A DNA stretch of 64,000 nucleotides from a virus. Both the position numbers and the translations under genes were made by a program. Position 1 is the first letter of the stretch. Each line of letters opens with the position of its first letter. The notes beneath the pieces were generated by a model. It saw nothing but the letters and a program-made list of their open reading frames with translations. It was not told the origin of the DNA and did not search any database. Below, one piece after another: positions 52,087 through 63,198 of this stretch. The stretch is from the IMG/VR virus record IMGVR_UViG_3300047157_000229, positions 38,796-102,795 of that record; one strand, 5' to 3'.

Positions 52087-53226
52087 ATGTCTCATCTAAT
52101 AGAAGAATACGCGAAGAGTTTGGGGGTTAGAATCTCTCAGCCTATAGTCAGGGATCATTTCTTCCCCACATTGCCAGAGAGGTATATTACTGTAAATCAA
52201 GCAGGGGTATCATCTAAAATTTATTCTCATTATGATATAGTTTTCAGCCTACTAAAACCCTTTTTGGATAGGGCTGGGATTCAAGTTATTCAAATGGGTG
52301 GGGAAAAGAAAATTGAAGGGGTACATACAGCTCTAAATGTTTCGTTTAAGCAACAATCTTATGTTCTCTCTAAATCTTTAGTTCATCTAGGTTGTGACGG
52401 GGCTTTAGCTCAATTAGCTAGCAGTAAAGAAATACCTACAGTCACTGTTTATGGAAATGCCTTCTCTGAGAATGCTAAGCCTTTTTTTTCTTATCCATCT
52501 ATAAACAAAAATGTAGAACCAGATTGGGATAAAAAACCTTGTTTTTCAAAAGAAGATCCAAAGAAACAGATTGACACAATTAAACCTGAAGTTATTGCTC
52601 AACAGGTTCTGGATTTGCTGGCTATAGAAAAAGAGCCTATAAAATTTGCCACGAAGAACATAGGTGAATTATTTTCGCAGTCTGTCGTGGAGGTTGTGCC
52701 TACATCATTTGTCCCTTTGAGGATGCCTAAAGACCAAGAGCTTATGATTAGGGCTGATTATGGTTGTGATGAGGTCTCTTTCTTAAAGTATTGTGCAAAT
52801 TATAAAGTTTCCATAACAGCAGACTCATTGATTCAGCCTCACGGTCTTCAAAAAGTTGCTAATAATATAAACAAATTTCTTCTATTTATCGATTCAAGCT
52901 GGGACACTATTCCAGATAACTATTTTCAAATTTTAAAAGGTTTCAATATAGATTTGACGATGGTGGTTAAAAACAAAGACGATCTTAATGTTTTGAGAAA
53001 TAGGTATTTTGACATTCCAGTAATCCCTTATGAAGATGAGCAAGAAGCTCCTTGTGAGGTCTTGGAGGATGCAAGGTTTATGTCTTCTTTAAGGCTTATT
53101 GAAGGGGGGAAAGAATATTTAAGTTACGCGCATTGGAAAAAAGGTCTTGACGCTGACAATAAAGTGCTAGATACTCCTGAATATTGGAGAGAATCAAAAC
53201 ATTTCTATATCTATGAGCGCGACTAA
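52087..53226 (+). CDS. GT9 (heptosyltransferase-like) fold protein
   Basis: VIQMGG, HLGCDG...LAS..EIPTVTVYG, IKPEVI. Confidence 0.55.
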   Translation: MSHLIEEYAKSLGVRISQPIVRDHFFPTLPERYITVNQAGVSSKIYSHYDIVFSLLKPFLDRAGIQVIQMGGEKKIEGVHTALNVSFKQQSYVLSKSLVHLGCDGALAQLASSKEIPTVTVYGNAFSENAKPFFSYPSINKNVEPDWDKKPCFSKEDPKKQIDTIKPEVIAQQVLDLLAIEKEPIKFATKNIGELFSQSVVEVVPTSFVPLRMPKDQELMIRADYGCDEVSFLKYCANYKVSITADSLIQPHGLQKVANNINKFLLFIDSSWDTIPDNYFQILKGFNIDLTMVVKNKDDLNVLRNRYFDIPVIPYEDEQEAPCEVLEDARFMSSLRLIEGGKEYLSYAHWKKGLDADNKVLDTPEYWRESKHFYIYERD

Positions 53227-53986
53227 AACAACAAAGAAGAAGGCAACAAAGAAATTCTATGGACCAGACGCTTACAAGCGTAATCAACATGGGCTATTAG
53301 AGAACGCAGAGTATGTGTTCAACGAGGATGGATCTGTTGATTGGAGAGCAATGATTAAGGATGAGTTCCTTTACCCAAACAAAGGTTGGTTTGACATGCG
53401 TAATATGTCTATGCCCTCATCTAATGAAGGTTTGGAAGATAAACAGTTGTTGATTATGCTGGGTGGTATCAAGGAGATTGCTAAGATGAGAGGTTACAGT
53501 TCTGTAGATTTTGACGTTGATAATATCTCAGACGGCTACGTCACAGCTAAATGCACAATCCAATGGGATGGTAATTATGAATCATCTAGCACTACTTATA
53601 CAGATGTCGCGAATGCTACGCTAGCTAATACAGATGCATTCTGTGCTAAGTTTTTAGAAACAATTGCCTGTAATAGAGCTTTTGTCAGGTGTGTGCGTAA
53701 TTATCTGAATATTCATATTGTTGGTGCTGATGAGATCGACAAATCGAAGGGCGCTGGCCAAGCAGTAGACACTTCTTCTGGAGCTTCTACAATAACATCC
53801 CCTACAGACCTTTTAGAAAAGACTCTTAGAGAGAAGCACGGGGTAGATTCCTTTGATGATTGTAAGAATGTCCTTAGAGATCTGTGGAGAAGCAAAAAGT
53901 ATCAGAATGAAGACGCTACATCATGGGGGGCTTTCTCTGATATCCCTGTTAAAGAAGCTAGAAAGCTCATAGCGGCACTGAGCTAA
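53213..53986 (+). CDS. Rad52/Sak-like single-strand annealing protein
   Basis: LGGIKEIA, VTAKCTI, ETIACNRAFVRCVRNYLNI..VGADEI. Confidence 0.5.
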   Translation: MSATKTTKKKATKKFYGPDAYKRNQHGLLENAEYVFNEDGSVDWRAMIKDEFLYPNKGWFDMRNMSMPSSNEGLEDKQLLIMLGGIKEIAKMRGYSSVDFDVDNISDGYVTAKCTIQWDGNYESSSTTYTDVANATLANTDAFCAKFLETIACNRAFVRCVRNYLNIHIVGADEIDKSKGAGQAVDTSSGASTITSPTDLLEKTLREKHGVDSFDDCKNVLRDLWRSKKYQNEDATSWGAFSDIPVKEARKLIAALS

Positions 53987-54444
53987 TGATTAAAAGAATA
54001 CTAGACCCCGAAGAATTTAAAGTCTTATTGGGTAACATATATACCCTCTTTGAAGAAGAGAACAAGGTGAACGGTCATGCACTAGTAGAGCATAACCAAG
54101 AGTATATCTTTAATGCTTTTGGTAATAAATCTATACTGGCATGGGATTTCTTTGTATGGGGCCATAAGAACGATTCGAATCAGTTTGATGCGATGATCGC
54201 ATTCTTAAACCACAAGAACGAGAAATTTGGTAAAGAGATGTTCACAGAATACCTATGGCTTTCTAAGAACCCAAGAGTGGGTAGGAAGCTCCTAGCTAAA
54301 GCGATTTCCTTTGCCAAAGAAAAAGAATTTGAATATGTGGTAATGAGTTGTGTAGAGGCTCACCCCAAATCAAAAAAAGTAGCCCATTTCTACGAGAAGA
54401 TGGGATTTATTAAAGACTCTGAAACTTACATAGCAAAACTATGA
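53986..54444 (+). CDS. GNAT-family acetyltransferase
   Basis: RVGRKLL..AI.FAK, FYEKMGF. Confidence 0.8.
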   Translation: MIKRILDPEEFKVLLGNIYTLFEEENKVNGHALVEHNQEYIFNAFGNKSILAWDFFVWGHKNDSNQFDAMIAFLNHKNEKFGKEMFTEYLWLSKNPRVGRKLLAKAISFAKEKEFEYVVMSCVEAHPKSKKVAHFYEKMGFIKDSETYIAKL

Positions 54445-54626
54445 ATCAAAAAGCAGCAAAACGTTTGAGAAAAATCTGTAATCCTATTGACACTGTGTCG
54501 AAAAGAGTTTACAATCGCCTTAAAGACCAATATAATAACCTCCCTAATCATGCAAAAAGAAATTTCATCGACCTCATCGAGCAAAACTACGAAGAAATCC
54601 GAACAATCCTCTTGGACCAAAAATAA
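54441..54626 (+). CDS. Small basic hypothetical protein
   Basis: 61 aa, ATGA-coupled to the GNAT gene. Confidence 0.6.
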   Translation: MNQKAAKRLRKICNPIDTVSKRVYNRLKDQYNNLPNHAKRNFIDLIEQNYEEIRTILLDQK

Positions 54627-54786
54627 GATTGGCTCACTTTGGACCAAGAAGAACAATAGCGGAAAGACCTTTCTATCTGGAGAGATAGTAATGGATGGGA
54701 AGAAAGTCCCATGCTTGATTTTTAAGAACGATTACCAAGAAGGTAATACGCCTCACTTTCATATATACTCCCTAGAAGGGGAGTAG
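54550..54786 (+). CDS. DUF736-like protein
   Basis: IGSLW.K....GKTFLSG.I...IF.N.....P.F.I. Confidence 0.6.
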   Translation: MQKEISSTSSSKTTKKSEQSSWTKNKIGSLWTKKNNSGKTFLSGEIVMDGKKVPCLIFKNDYQEGNTPHFHIYSLEGE

Positions 54787-54788
54787 TC

Positions 54789-55202
54789 TTATTCTACAGG
54801 AGGGACAGGAGGATCTGGCTCAGGAGGTGGGGTATTAGCCCAAGTACGTAGAGCAGGAACGGCTGCAAGAATAGCATCCATTGCTGCCTTAACTTCTGGA
54901 ACCTCATCTACACAAGACCAAAAGGGTTTACGTCCATTAATTCTGCTAGGGACATTAATGTATTCGACTCCCTCATTATTGGCAGTTACAAGAACTTTCT
55001 CATTAGAGCCGTCATAAGGTAACATCTCAATATTGATGCTTCCTTCATTTGGCTCTTCTGTAGAGGTATTTGGTGCATAAATATTGATGCTACGTAGCCA
55101 TACAGAATCAAATGTCTCTTCTGGGCTAGCTGGGACAACAAAAGGCTCATCGCGTGGAACGGGATCGCCCAAAATCGGATCGGAATTATCGGAGTCTGGC
55201 AT
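54789..55202 (-). CDS. Hypothetical protein (possibly tail-fibre associated)
   Basis: 137 aa, Pro-rich ends; AGTGTAA motif upstream. Confidence 0.6.
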   Translation of the reverse strand: MPDSDNSDPILGDPVPRDEPFVVPASPEETFDSVWLRSINIYAPNTSTEEPNEGSINIEMLPYDGSNEKVLVTANNEGVEYINVPSRINGRKPFWSCVDEVPEVKAAMDAILAAVPALRTWANTPPPEPDPPVPPVE

Positions 55203-55242
55203 AATAAATTATATGTTAAAAATTAGTTTAATCTATTTTTTA

Positions 55243-55929
55243 TTACACTAAAAATGACTTTAAGTGACCTACTCTTATTTTGGGGGCTACCAAAGGTTTA
55301 ATTCCTGTTATTTTGTAACAATTCTGGCAAAAACTGATGTCTTCGAAGTTTAATTCTTTGAGGTGAAAAGTCCCTCCGTCTGGTTTGGCGCACCCTTCTA
55401 TATCAGTGTGGTTTAGAGGGTAATATGGGTATTCCATCTGTTCATATATGGATCTGTGGACTTTGGTAAAACCAAAACCACACCAGTCTACTTTTACTAA
55501 CTTATCATGTTTTTCTTTTGCTATTTTTGTGAGCCACTCTACAGAAGTAAAAGGCATATGTAAGTTCTCACGGAAATAATCTTCATCCCAATTGCCAACC
55601 ATAGCCTTATCTCCGTAGTCTGATCTATACCATCCAGTCACAAACTTTTTTTCTTTAGGTATACTCATCATATATTCGATTTGGCTAATATCAAAATCGA
55701 TGTCAGAATCAATCCAAAAAAGCCATTCTGCATCTGGAGGGGTAGGATTTACATAACCTTTATTCGCTGTGGCTAAAGAATTTCTCGCAAAGTTTAAAAA
55801 TAAACCGTCGCAAGTAAGTATTTTTGAATTATTCTTTTCACACCAAGACTGTAATTCTAAGTATTGCGGGAATAATTTACCTTGAATTCCCCTATGATCA
55901 ATTGGTAGTAGAAAAATGCAGTTGAGCAT
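55243..55929 (-). CDS. GT-A (GT2-like) glycosyltransferase
   Basis: FARN, WIDSDI, GFGF, EDISFC, VGH. Confidence 0.75.
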   Translation of the reverse strand: MLNCIFLLPIDHRGIQGKLFPQYLELQSWCEKNNSKILTCDGLFLNFARNSLATANKGYVNPTPPDAEWLFWIDSDIDFDISQIEYMMSIPKEKKFVTGWYRSDYGDKAMVGNWDEDYFRENLHMPFTSVEWLTKIAKEKHDKLVKVDWCGFGFTKVHRSIYEQMEYPYYPLNHTDIEGCAKPDGGTFHLKELNFEDISFCQNCYKITGIKPLVAPKIRVGHLKSFLV

Positions 55930-55966
55930 ATATTATTATATGTATTTAGCTAATATTTAAACTAAA

Positions 55967-56161
55967 ATGAAAAACGTAGAACTGTCAACAGACGAAATTA
56001 AAGCCCTTATTCAAATCATCGACCTCGCTATCAAGTCTAGCGGTTTGGGATCAGCAGAAGCTGGTGTTGTACTCGCTAAGAAACTAAGCTCCCACCTTGA
56101 AGAGCAGCCGCAAGCAGATCAGGGTGAATCTGATTTTGAAGTAGTCGATGCAGGAGAATAG
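55967..56161 (+). CDS. Small helical hypothetical protein
   Basis: 64-aa ORF followed by a terminator. Confidence 0.65.
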   Translation: MKNVELSTDEIKALIQIIDLAIKSSGLGSAEAGVVLAKKLSSHLEEQPQADQGESDFEVVDAGE

Positions 56162-56187
56162 CCTCTATCATTTATAATATTTAACTG

Positions 56188-56218
56188 ACCCCCACCTAAA
56201 GAGGTGGGGGTTTTTTTT
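56188..56218 (+). terminator. Rho-independent terminator between convergent genes
   Basis: ACCCCCACCT-AAAG-AGGTGGGGGT followed by a T-run. Confidence 0.88.
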
Positions 56219-59200
56219 AACCTACTCTCCAGTTAGTTCCGTCTGAGTACATTGGGCAGAAATTAGATCCTGACCCTGCAGTAACTAGTCCAAGGGCTTG
56301 AGACAAACTATAGGATGAATCACTAACAAATGCTCGCTGTCCTGCGGGAGAAGCAGATGGCAATGTAGATACAGTATAAACTTTGTGTTTAATTGGCCCA
56401 TCAACATCAAGGGTTACAGATGGGTTATTAGTTCCTACGCCTAATTTAGTGTTGATAAAATAGCTTGAGTTCTTTCTGATCGCACAGACCTCAGTTCCTT
56501 GGTTCACGGTAGCAGACCCATACCTAAATGATGCGATGCCTTGGATACTCCCTGATTGAGCAGCTTGAACCCACAGAGTGGTACTAGTGCTATTCCTGCT
56601 GATTACATTGTAGTCAGTATTACTTGTGTCAGTTCTAAATGTATTTGCGGTGGCAATCCCATCAACGTCTAGACCAGCCGAATTGATCGTCACTCTTTGA
56701 CCATTGTTTACAAAAAATTCCAAGTTGCCATCAGACTGTTCTATTCGTTCATGGGTGTTATCCCATTGTAGAGAATATCCTGCATCTAACATTATATGGC
56801 CAACGCCTACATGTAGTTTTGCTTGTGGACTAGTTGTTCCTATACCAACATTGCCGCCATTTAAATAAGAATTACCATTAGTATTTAAGTGAATTTTAGC
56901 TGTATTGCTAGTATTATAAGCAAGGTAGTTCGCATTCCCGCTACTATCGTTATATAGTATATGTAATCTGTTTGTATTGTTATTAGCGTTAGCTTTACCT
57001 ATTATAACACCTTGACCTGCACTTATGAAAAATGCATGTTCACCCTGCCAATTATTTTGAGCTTGTGTTCCGTGTCCACTAATAAAAATATCCCGTGTTG
57101 CAGTAGAGTAGACTTGGAGTTTAGCTGCTGGACTAGTTGTTCCTATACCAACGTTCCTATCCCCCCTTACATATAACGCATTTCCAGTATTGTTTGAGAC
57201 ATCTAGTAAAGAATATCCTGAACTGTCTCCTGCATCGGAGCGCACTTTTAATACAGTGCCGCTAGATTGTGACGGGTTGTCGTGATGTATATAAGCTATA
57301 TCATCATTAGAATCGTCGCTTTTGACATGAAGTTTAAAAGTAGGAGCAAGTATTCCTATACCAACGTTACCACCAATAATAGAACTATTACCTTGACCCC
57401 TTAATATTACAGTTTGACTATTGCTCGCATTTCTTAAGAGTAATGCCCCGTCTCCAGTTCCTGTTTGTACGAGTCCAACAATTGGATTTGTGTTACTAGA
57501 TCTTTGTAAATAGAATCCATCGTCAGCACCGCCTGATTTGACTTCTAGTTTTACTGATGGACTGGTTGTTCCTATACCAACGTTACCGCCGTGTGAAACA
57601 GTAAAAGCTACTCCTCCTGCTGTGCTTGTTCCATTGTCGTTAAGAGGTTTTATTGTATACTTTCCACCACCCACATTTGTAGCAAAAACCCTTTCATTGG
57701 CAGTTGCTCCATTGTCAGACAAAACAATTGAAGCATCTGTATCTCCCTCAATTATCATTTGCCCTCTATCAGTACCACCATCAATTTGAAGTCTTGTAGT
57801 TCCATAGGCGGCACCATGTAATGTTCCTGGAGTAGTTGTTCCTATACCAACGTTACCCGTTTCATGCCAAGACATTGCTCTAGTTCCCCCGCTAATGCCT
57901 ATGTCTAAATAATCATCTACTCCAGATCCAGATTGAGCGCCTATAGTCCACGCTTCGTTTCCTGCATGATTAATATTTATGAAATTACCGCCAGAGCTAG
58001 GAACAGTAAAATTAATTGCTGCCCCTGAACTCAACGTTATATTTCCAATATTGATCAGGTTTCTACTAGCATCAATTACTTCCGTTGAGTCTATAAAATA
58101 TCCTTTCGCGTAAACATGATTCCAGACGTTGGCAGTTCTACCTAAATTCCTAGCTCCTGCTGTGCTATATGGATAAACATTGGAATCAAAATACGTGTCC
58201 TGATTAAAGTAATATGGTCGGTTACCTATAAAATGTATCCAGCTCCCATTCTGCGATCCAATGTCTATTTGACCAGTGCTTGTCGTTATTCTTACTGAGT
58301 TACCACTACCCTCTGACAATCTAGTGTTGGTGTCATTTAGATATAGATCGGTAGCCGTAATAGTTCCTGCAAAAGTTGCATTACCTGCGTTTGTAACAGA
58401 AAACTTAGAGGTAGTTACTCCACCATACCAAACTAAACTACCAGTTGCGCTAGTATTATAATTAAATCCTATTTCACCATTTGCACCATTTGAAATTCTG
58501 CTTGAAGAATTTGCAAGAAATAAATTACCTGCGTTAATTGTAACATTGCCTGTGAAATGAGCATTGTTTGATGTGTCTAATCTTAAAGAAGTTTGACTAC
58601 CTAGTATAAACCTTAATTCTCTAAGGTTGTTTGAAGCGTTTACATAAGTTGATTGAATATAACTATAAGCAGAATCATTTGTGCCTATTTGTATTGCTGT
58701 TCCACCCGATCCATTATGTATTGTTAAACCAGTAGATGCTACATTGCCAGAGGTTGTAGGCGCACCATTGGAATTAATTGATAATTTACTAAACGGACTC
58801 GTTGTTCCTATACCAACGTTGCCACTCGAAGCGATACGCATTTTTTCAGAACCACCTGACTGAAATAGCATAATACCTGTATTTCTAGCATTTAACGTCA
58901 GTGAACTACTACTAGATTTAATAGTGCCGTGTATTGATGAACCTGAATTAATATTTAAATCTCCTGAAACATTTACACCACCTGTAAAACTTGAAGCTCC
59001 TGATCCTGAGCATTGTATAACTCCTCCAACAGAAACCGTTCCTGTATTAGGATTCAATGCGAGGTTCGTGCCAGAAGGGGTTAATATTTGACCTCCACCG
59101 ACAGTTACATTACCTGCAAAGGTTGCGTTATTATCATTATTTAACGTTAAAGCAGATACATAACTCCCTGAATTCAATACCTGCAACTGTAAGTCTCCAT

Positions 59201-61618
59201 CAGTCCCGTTAGCTTCTAAAACCCCCACCACTCTAACTGCATCCACATAAGTAGTGCCTGTTGAGTAAGCTCCTAACCCTAATATAACTCCTGCTGCTCC
59301 TACTGAATCAACCGCCAAACCTCTGTTTAATTGTAAAGGATAAGCCCCTGTGTCTGTGAATCTTGAAGTTCCAGAGCTTCCAGCTGTTATAGCTCCAGAA
59401 CTTATTGTACCTGCAAAAGTTGATGACGTACCTGTTTTTGTTTCGTTTAATACGCCACCTGCATAAAAATATTGACCTACATTCGCTGCCCCATAATAAA
59501 CTATATGTTCATAAGAATCTAGTGCTATGTACGCTTTTTGTGAACCTGCATCATTAAATTGTATTTTACCACCTCCTGTACCATCTTTCTCAATAGTTAA
59601 TGTTGAGGATGTGCCATTATCAATGGTTACATTACCTGCAAAAGTTGCATCGCCATCACTATTTACTGTGATTAAATCGCTACTAGTGTTGAAATTATAA
59701 AGTCTGAAATTATTACTGCCACTAGGCACATACCAGCCATAAGAACCAGAACTATTTGTCGCTTTAAGTGCTGTTGGACCTGTTGTGCCTTCAACTTCAA
59801 TTCTTGCTGTTCCCGCATTATATACATGTAATTTCTCCAGAGGATGCGTTGTTCCTATACCAACGTTACCTGCTAGAGCGGTGCTGCCTTTAATAAATAC
59901 GCCACTTGTTCCCCCAGCATACCCTAAGTTTAAATCGGTAGTGCCAAAGACAAGGGTTGTATTCACATAACCCCCGAAAATTGCATTACTTGCAAAAGTT
60001 GCATCGCCATTGCTATTTTTAATTTCTAAAGCACGATTGCTTGTTCCGCTATACGTTATGTAAAGCTGAGTTCCATCATTATCTATTCTATTGGTAATAT
60101 TTGTCCCCGAAGCTGTTACATAAAAATTCTGGGCATAAGAATTAGGGGTAGAGGTATAACCTGCAAAGGTTACGTTACCGTCTCTGTTGATACGCATTTT
60201 TTCGGTATTACCAACTCCAGCTTTATATGTTTTAAATAATAAGTCTCTACCAACAACACTATCAGCATTGTTGTATTCTATTTGTATACTAGCATCACCG
60301 TTATTAAATGTTAAGAAAGCGCTATCCCCATTATTAATATTAGTATTTCCCTTTACAGTGAATGCGTTATGCAGAGTACTGCCACCAGTGTTTATACCAA
60401 CTTTACCATCACTCTTGATTGTAATACGATCCGCACTAGCGTCTTCATCTTTAATTCTTAAATCACTCGATGAATTTGTATATATAGAATAGGTTCTGGC
60501 ATCAGTTCTATCTATAGTGAGTTTTACATCACTGCCACTATCTGCGATATGGAGTAGAGAGGATGGATTAGTTGTTCCTATACCAACGTTACCGTCGTTT
60601 CTGATACGCATTGACTCTACAAGATCGGTAGAACCAAATTGAGAATGTTGCGTAAAGAAAGCTAATCCAATTTCGTTAGGGTCGGTGTCAGTCTGAATAG
60701 CTACGATTGAAGCGGCTTGAAGCTGTGCTTCGTTAGTAGAGCCAAAAGTAATAGATCCAGCATAAGCTCCTACTGCGGAACTCATAGTTTGATTACCTAT
60801 ATGAAGATCAGAATTAGCGTCTAAATAACCAAGTGAATAAGATTTACTGCCTTTTATATGCAATTTAGCAATAGGACTAGTTGTTCCTATACCAACGTTG
60901 CCGTCAGCCTTTATTGTCATTCTTTGGAATAGCCCACTATTTTCCGTCCAAAATGAAAGTTGACTAGTAGCTCCATTACCTTCCCTTATACCTCTTATTC
61001 TAGCGACATACCTATCGGCAGTATCATTAGAACTTGTTCTGAAATCTATGTTATAGCCACCACCATTAGTTATATTATTAGCGTCAAACTCCAGTAGGGT
61101 TTTAGGCGTTGATGTAAGTGCATCTAGCTATCGTCTAAATTATAAGCTGGAGAAACTGTTCCTATACCAACGTTGCCGCCATTTAATATAGTAAGAGCCT
61201 CTGAATCTCCTCCATCTATAAAACGTAATCTATCTGTAGTTCCCCCGTAAGCAATAGTAAATGCATTACTATTATTTGCGAGCATTATTGCTGATCTAGA
61301 AGTATCATCATTTCCATTAGATGAATTTCTTTTTACTTGCAATAGTATATTGGAGCTACTATAAGGAGATGCACCATCAGTAACAACAAGTCTGTGAGGT
61401 GGATTAGTAGTTGTTCCTATACCAACGGCGTTATTTATGTTAATGTTACCAGAAGAGTTGATGGTCAAACGAGGCGAGCTTTGTGTTTTAAGCGTCAGGC
61501 TGTCATAACCTGCTAACACTACCGCACCGTTTGAGTCACCCGATAGGGAATTTGTATCCATATTAAGATACAGATTCGCGTTGACCTTAAGATCATTATT
61601 TATGTTTCTTGTTGGCAT
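56217..61618 (-). CDS. Large modular tail fibre protein 1 (~1800 aa; frame break near 61125)
   Basis: ORF 56217..60920 is open upstream to ~61125 and joins ORF 61124..61618; many GNVGIGTTxP repeats. Confidence 0.8.
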
Positions 61619-63198
61619 TTCTTTTTATTTTAAATTTTTATTTAAGCGTAGGTGTTGTTGATGGAGCTTCCGAATGCTTCTACTGATACTCTCGGCGTGT
61701 AGCTCTTTGTCCCTGATCTAGATTTGAATGTAAAGGTTATGGTTGATCCGTTAGCAGATGCGGTTACATCAAAATCGTTTGTTCCTTCATCGATTACTTT
61801 TTGGGTGTTCCATGTCCCACTAGCATTGTAACAACTATAGACAATCTTTTGGTAATCTCCAGTGTGGCCGAAGCAGGTGAATGTGAAGCCAGCAGACATT
61901 CCATTACTCCCCGCAACTAATCCAGCCACCGCATAGCCCGTCGTGTTGAGGGAACCCGCAGACTTATGGTATGTGACCTTACCCCCAGCTAAGATACCGC
62001 CATTGACTTCTAGTTTATAAGCTGCATCTGCTCCTATGCCAACATTACCTCCCCCTTTTATTCTTAAACCCTCTATGGCTGTACCTGCCGTTGCAGTTTT
62101 AAAAACTATATCTCCATTAGCATTATTCCAAGTGTTACTTATTATTAAGTCTCCTGTAGAAGCAGCGTCGTAATCAATAACACCCCTGTATGCAGCGGTA
62201 TTGCCAATATAGATTGTCCCATTAGCATTGTTGTTTGATCCCACTCTATCACTCCACCCAGATACTTGTAATTGAGCGCCAGTTGAATTTATTACGCTTA
62301 ATTGATTACTATAAATAACTACTTCTCCAGTGGAACTAATACGCATTCTTTCTGCACCTGATGTAGAGAAACCTAAAGCATTTGCAGCGGCACGGAACAT
62401 CCCGTTATCAGGATCTCCGTAAAAACTGTGTGTTGGTGCAGCCGCTGAACCGTTGGTCGTACCTATTACACCTTGAACATGTAATAATGTGCTAGCATCA
62501 GGAGTAGTTGTTCCTATACCAACTTTACCACCACGAACAACTAATCCATAGCTAGTAGCAGCACCAGTAGAGTCAACCTCTGTTAATTGAGCGTATCTAT
62601 CAGAGTTAGCGTTATTACCTTTTAAAAATAATGCGCCACCATAAGATCCTGACCACATCGGTATATTATTACCAATTTGTATTTTACCAGCGGAATCAAT
62701 ACTGCATTTTTGTAGAATTATTCGCAACAATAGCTACTGATTGATTATCTAGAGTTCCAAATTGCCCAGTACCACTGGAAGCAGTTAAATATTTACCAAG
62801 ATTGTTTTGTATTCTACCATTTGCAACATCAAACTGAATAGCAGTCGTTGCCCCATTTCTGAAATTCAAACGCCGTTACCCCAAGAACCTCCTACTTGTA
62901 TACCCGCCGTGGCTGCTGAAAAGTATATTTGTGAACTCAATCCTATATAACCATTAACATCCAGCTTGTAGGCTGGGCCAGTAGATCCTATACCAACGTT
63001 ACCGCCATCTTTTACAGTTATAGCTGCTGTTGCATTACTATTATACCAGATGTCTAATCTGTCGTCATTATATTGAGGTTGGAATCCAAACTTTTTAGAA
63101 GTCCCACCAGAAGTATTTTCTATCGTAAAACCTGACGAAGTATTAGACGCTCCTTGCAAATGAAGCCCACTATCTGGACTAGTCGTTCCTATACCAAC
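56837..63198 (-). repeat. Dispersed 13-nt repeat GTTGGTATAGGAA (TTCCTATACCAAC on +), 13 exact copies
   Basis: + strand starts: 56837, 57140, 57353, 57569, 57839, 58805, 59852, 60575, 60884, 61159, 61414, 62511, 63186; a 1-mismatch copy at 62985. Confidence 0.9.

Noticed and set aside
56837-63198. CRISPR array, DGR or invertase shufflon in the repeat region
   Set aside because: Spacing is irregular (0.2-1.1 kb), the repeats are in-frame coding and all in the same orientation, and no cas, reverse transcriptase, TR/VR pair or site-specific recombinase is seen in the window.
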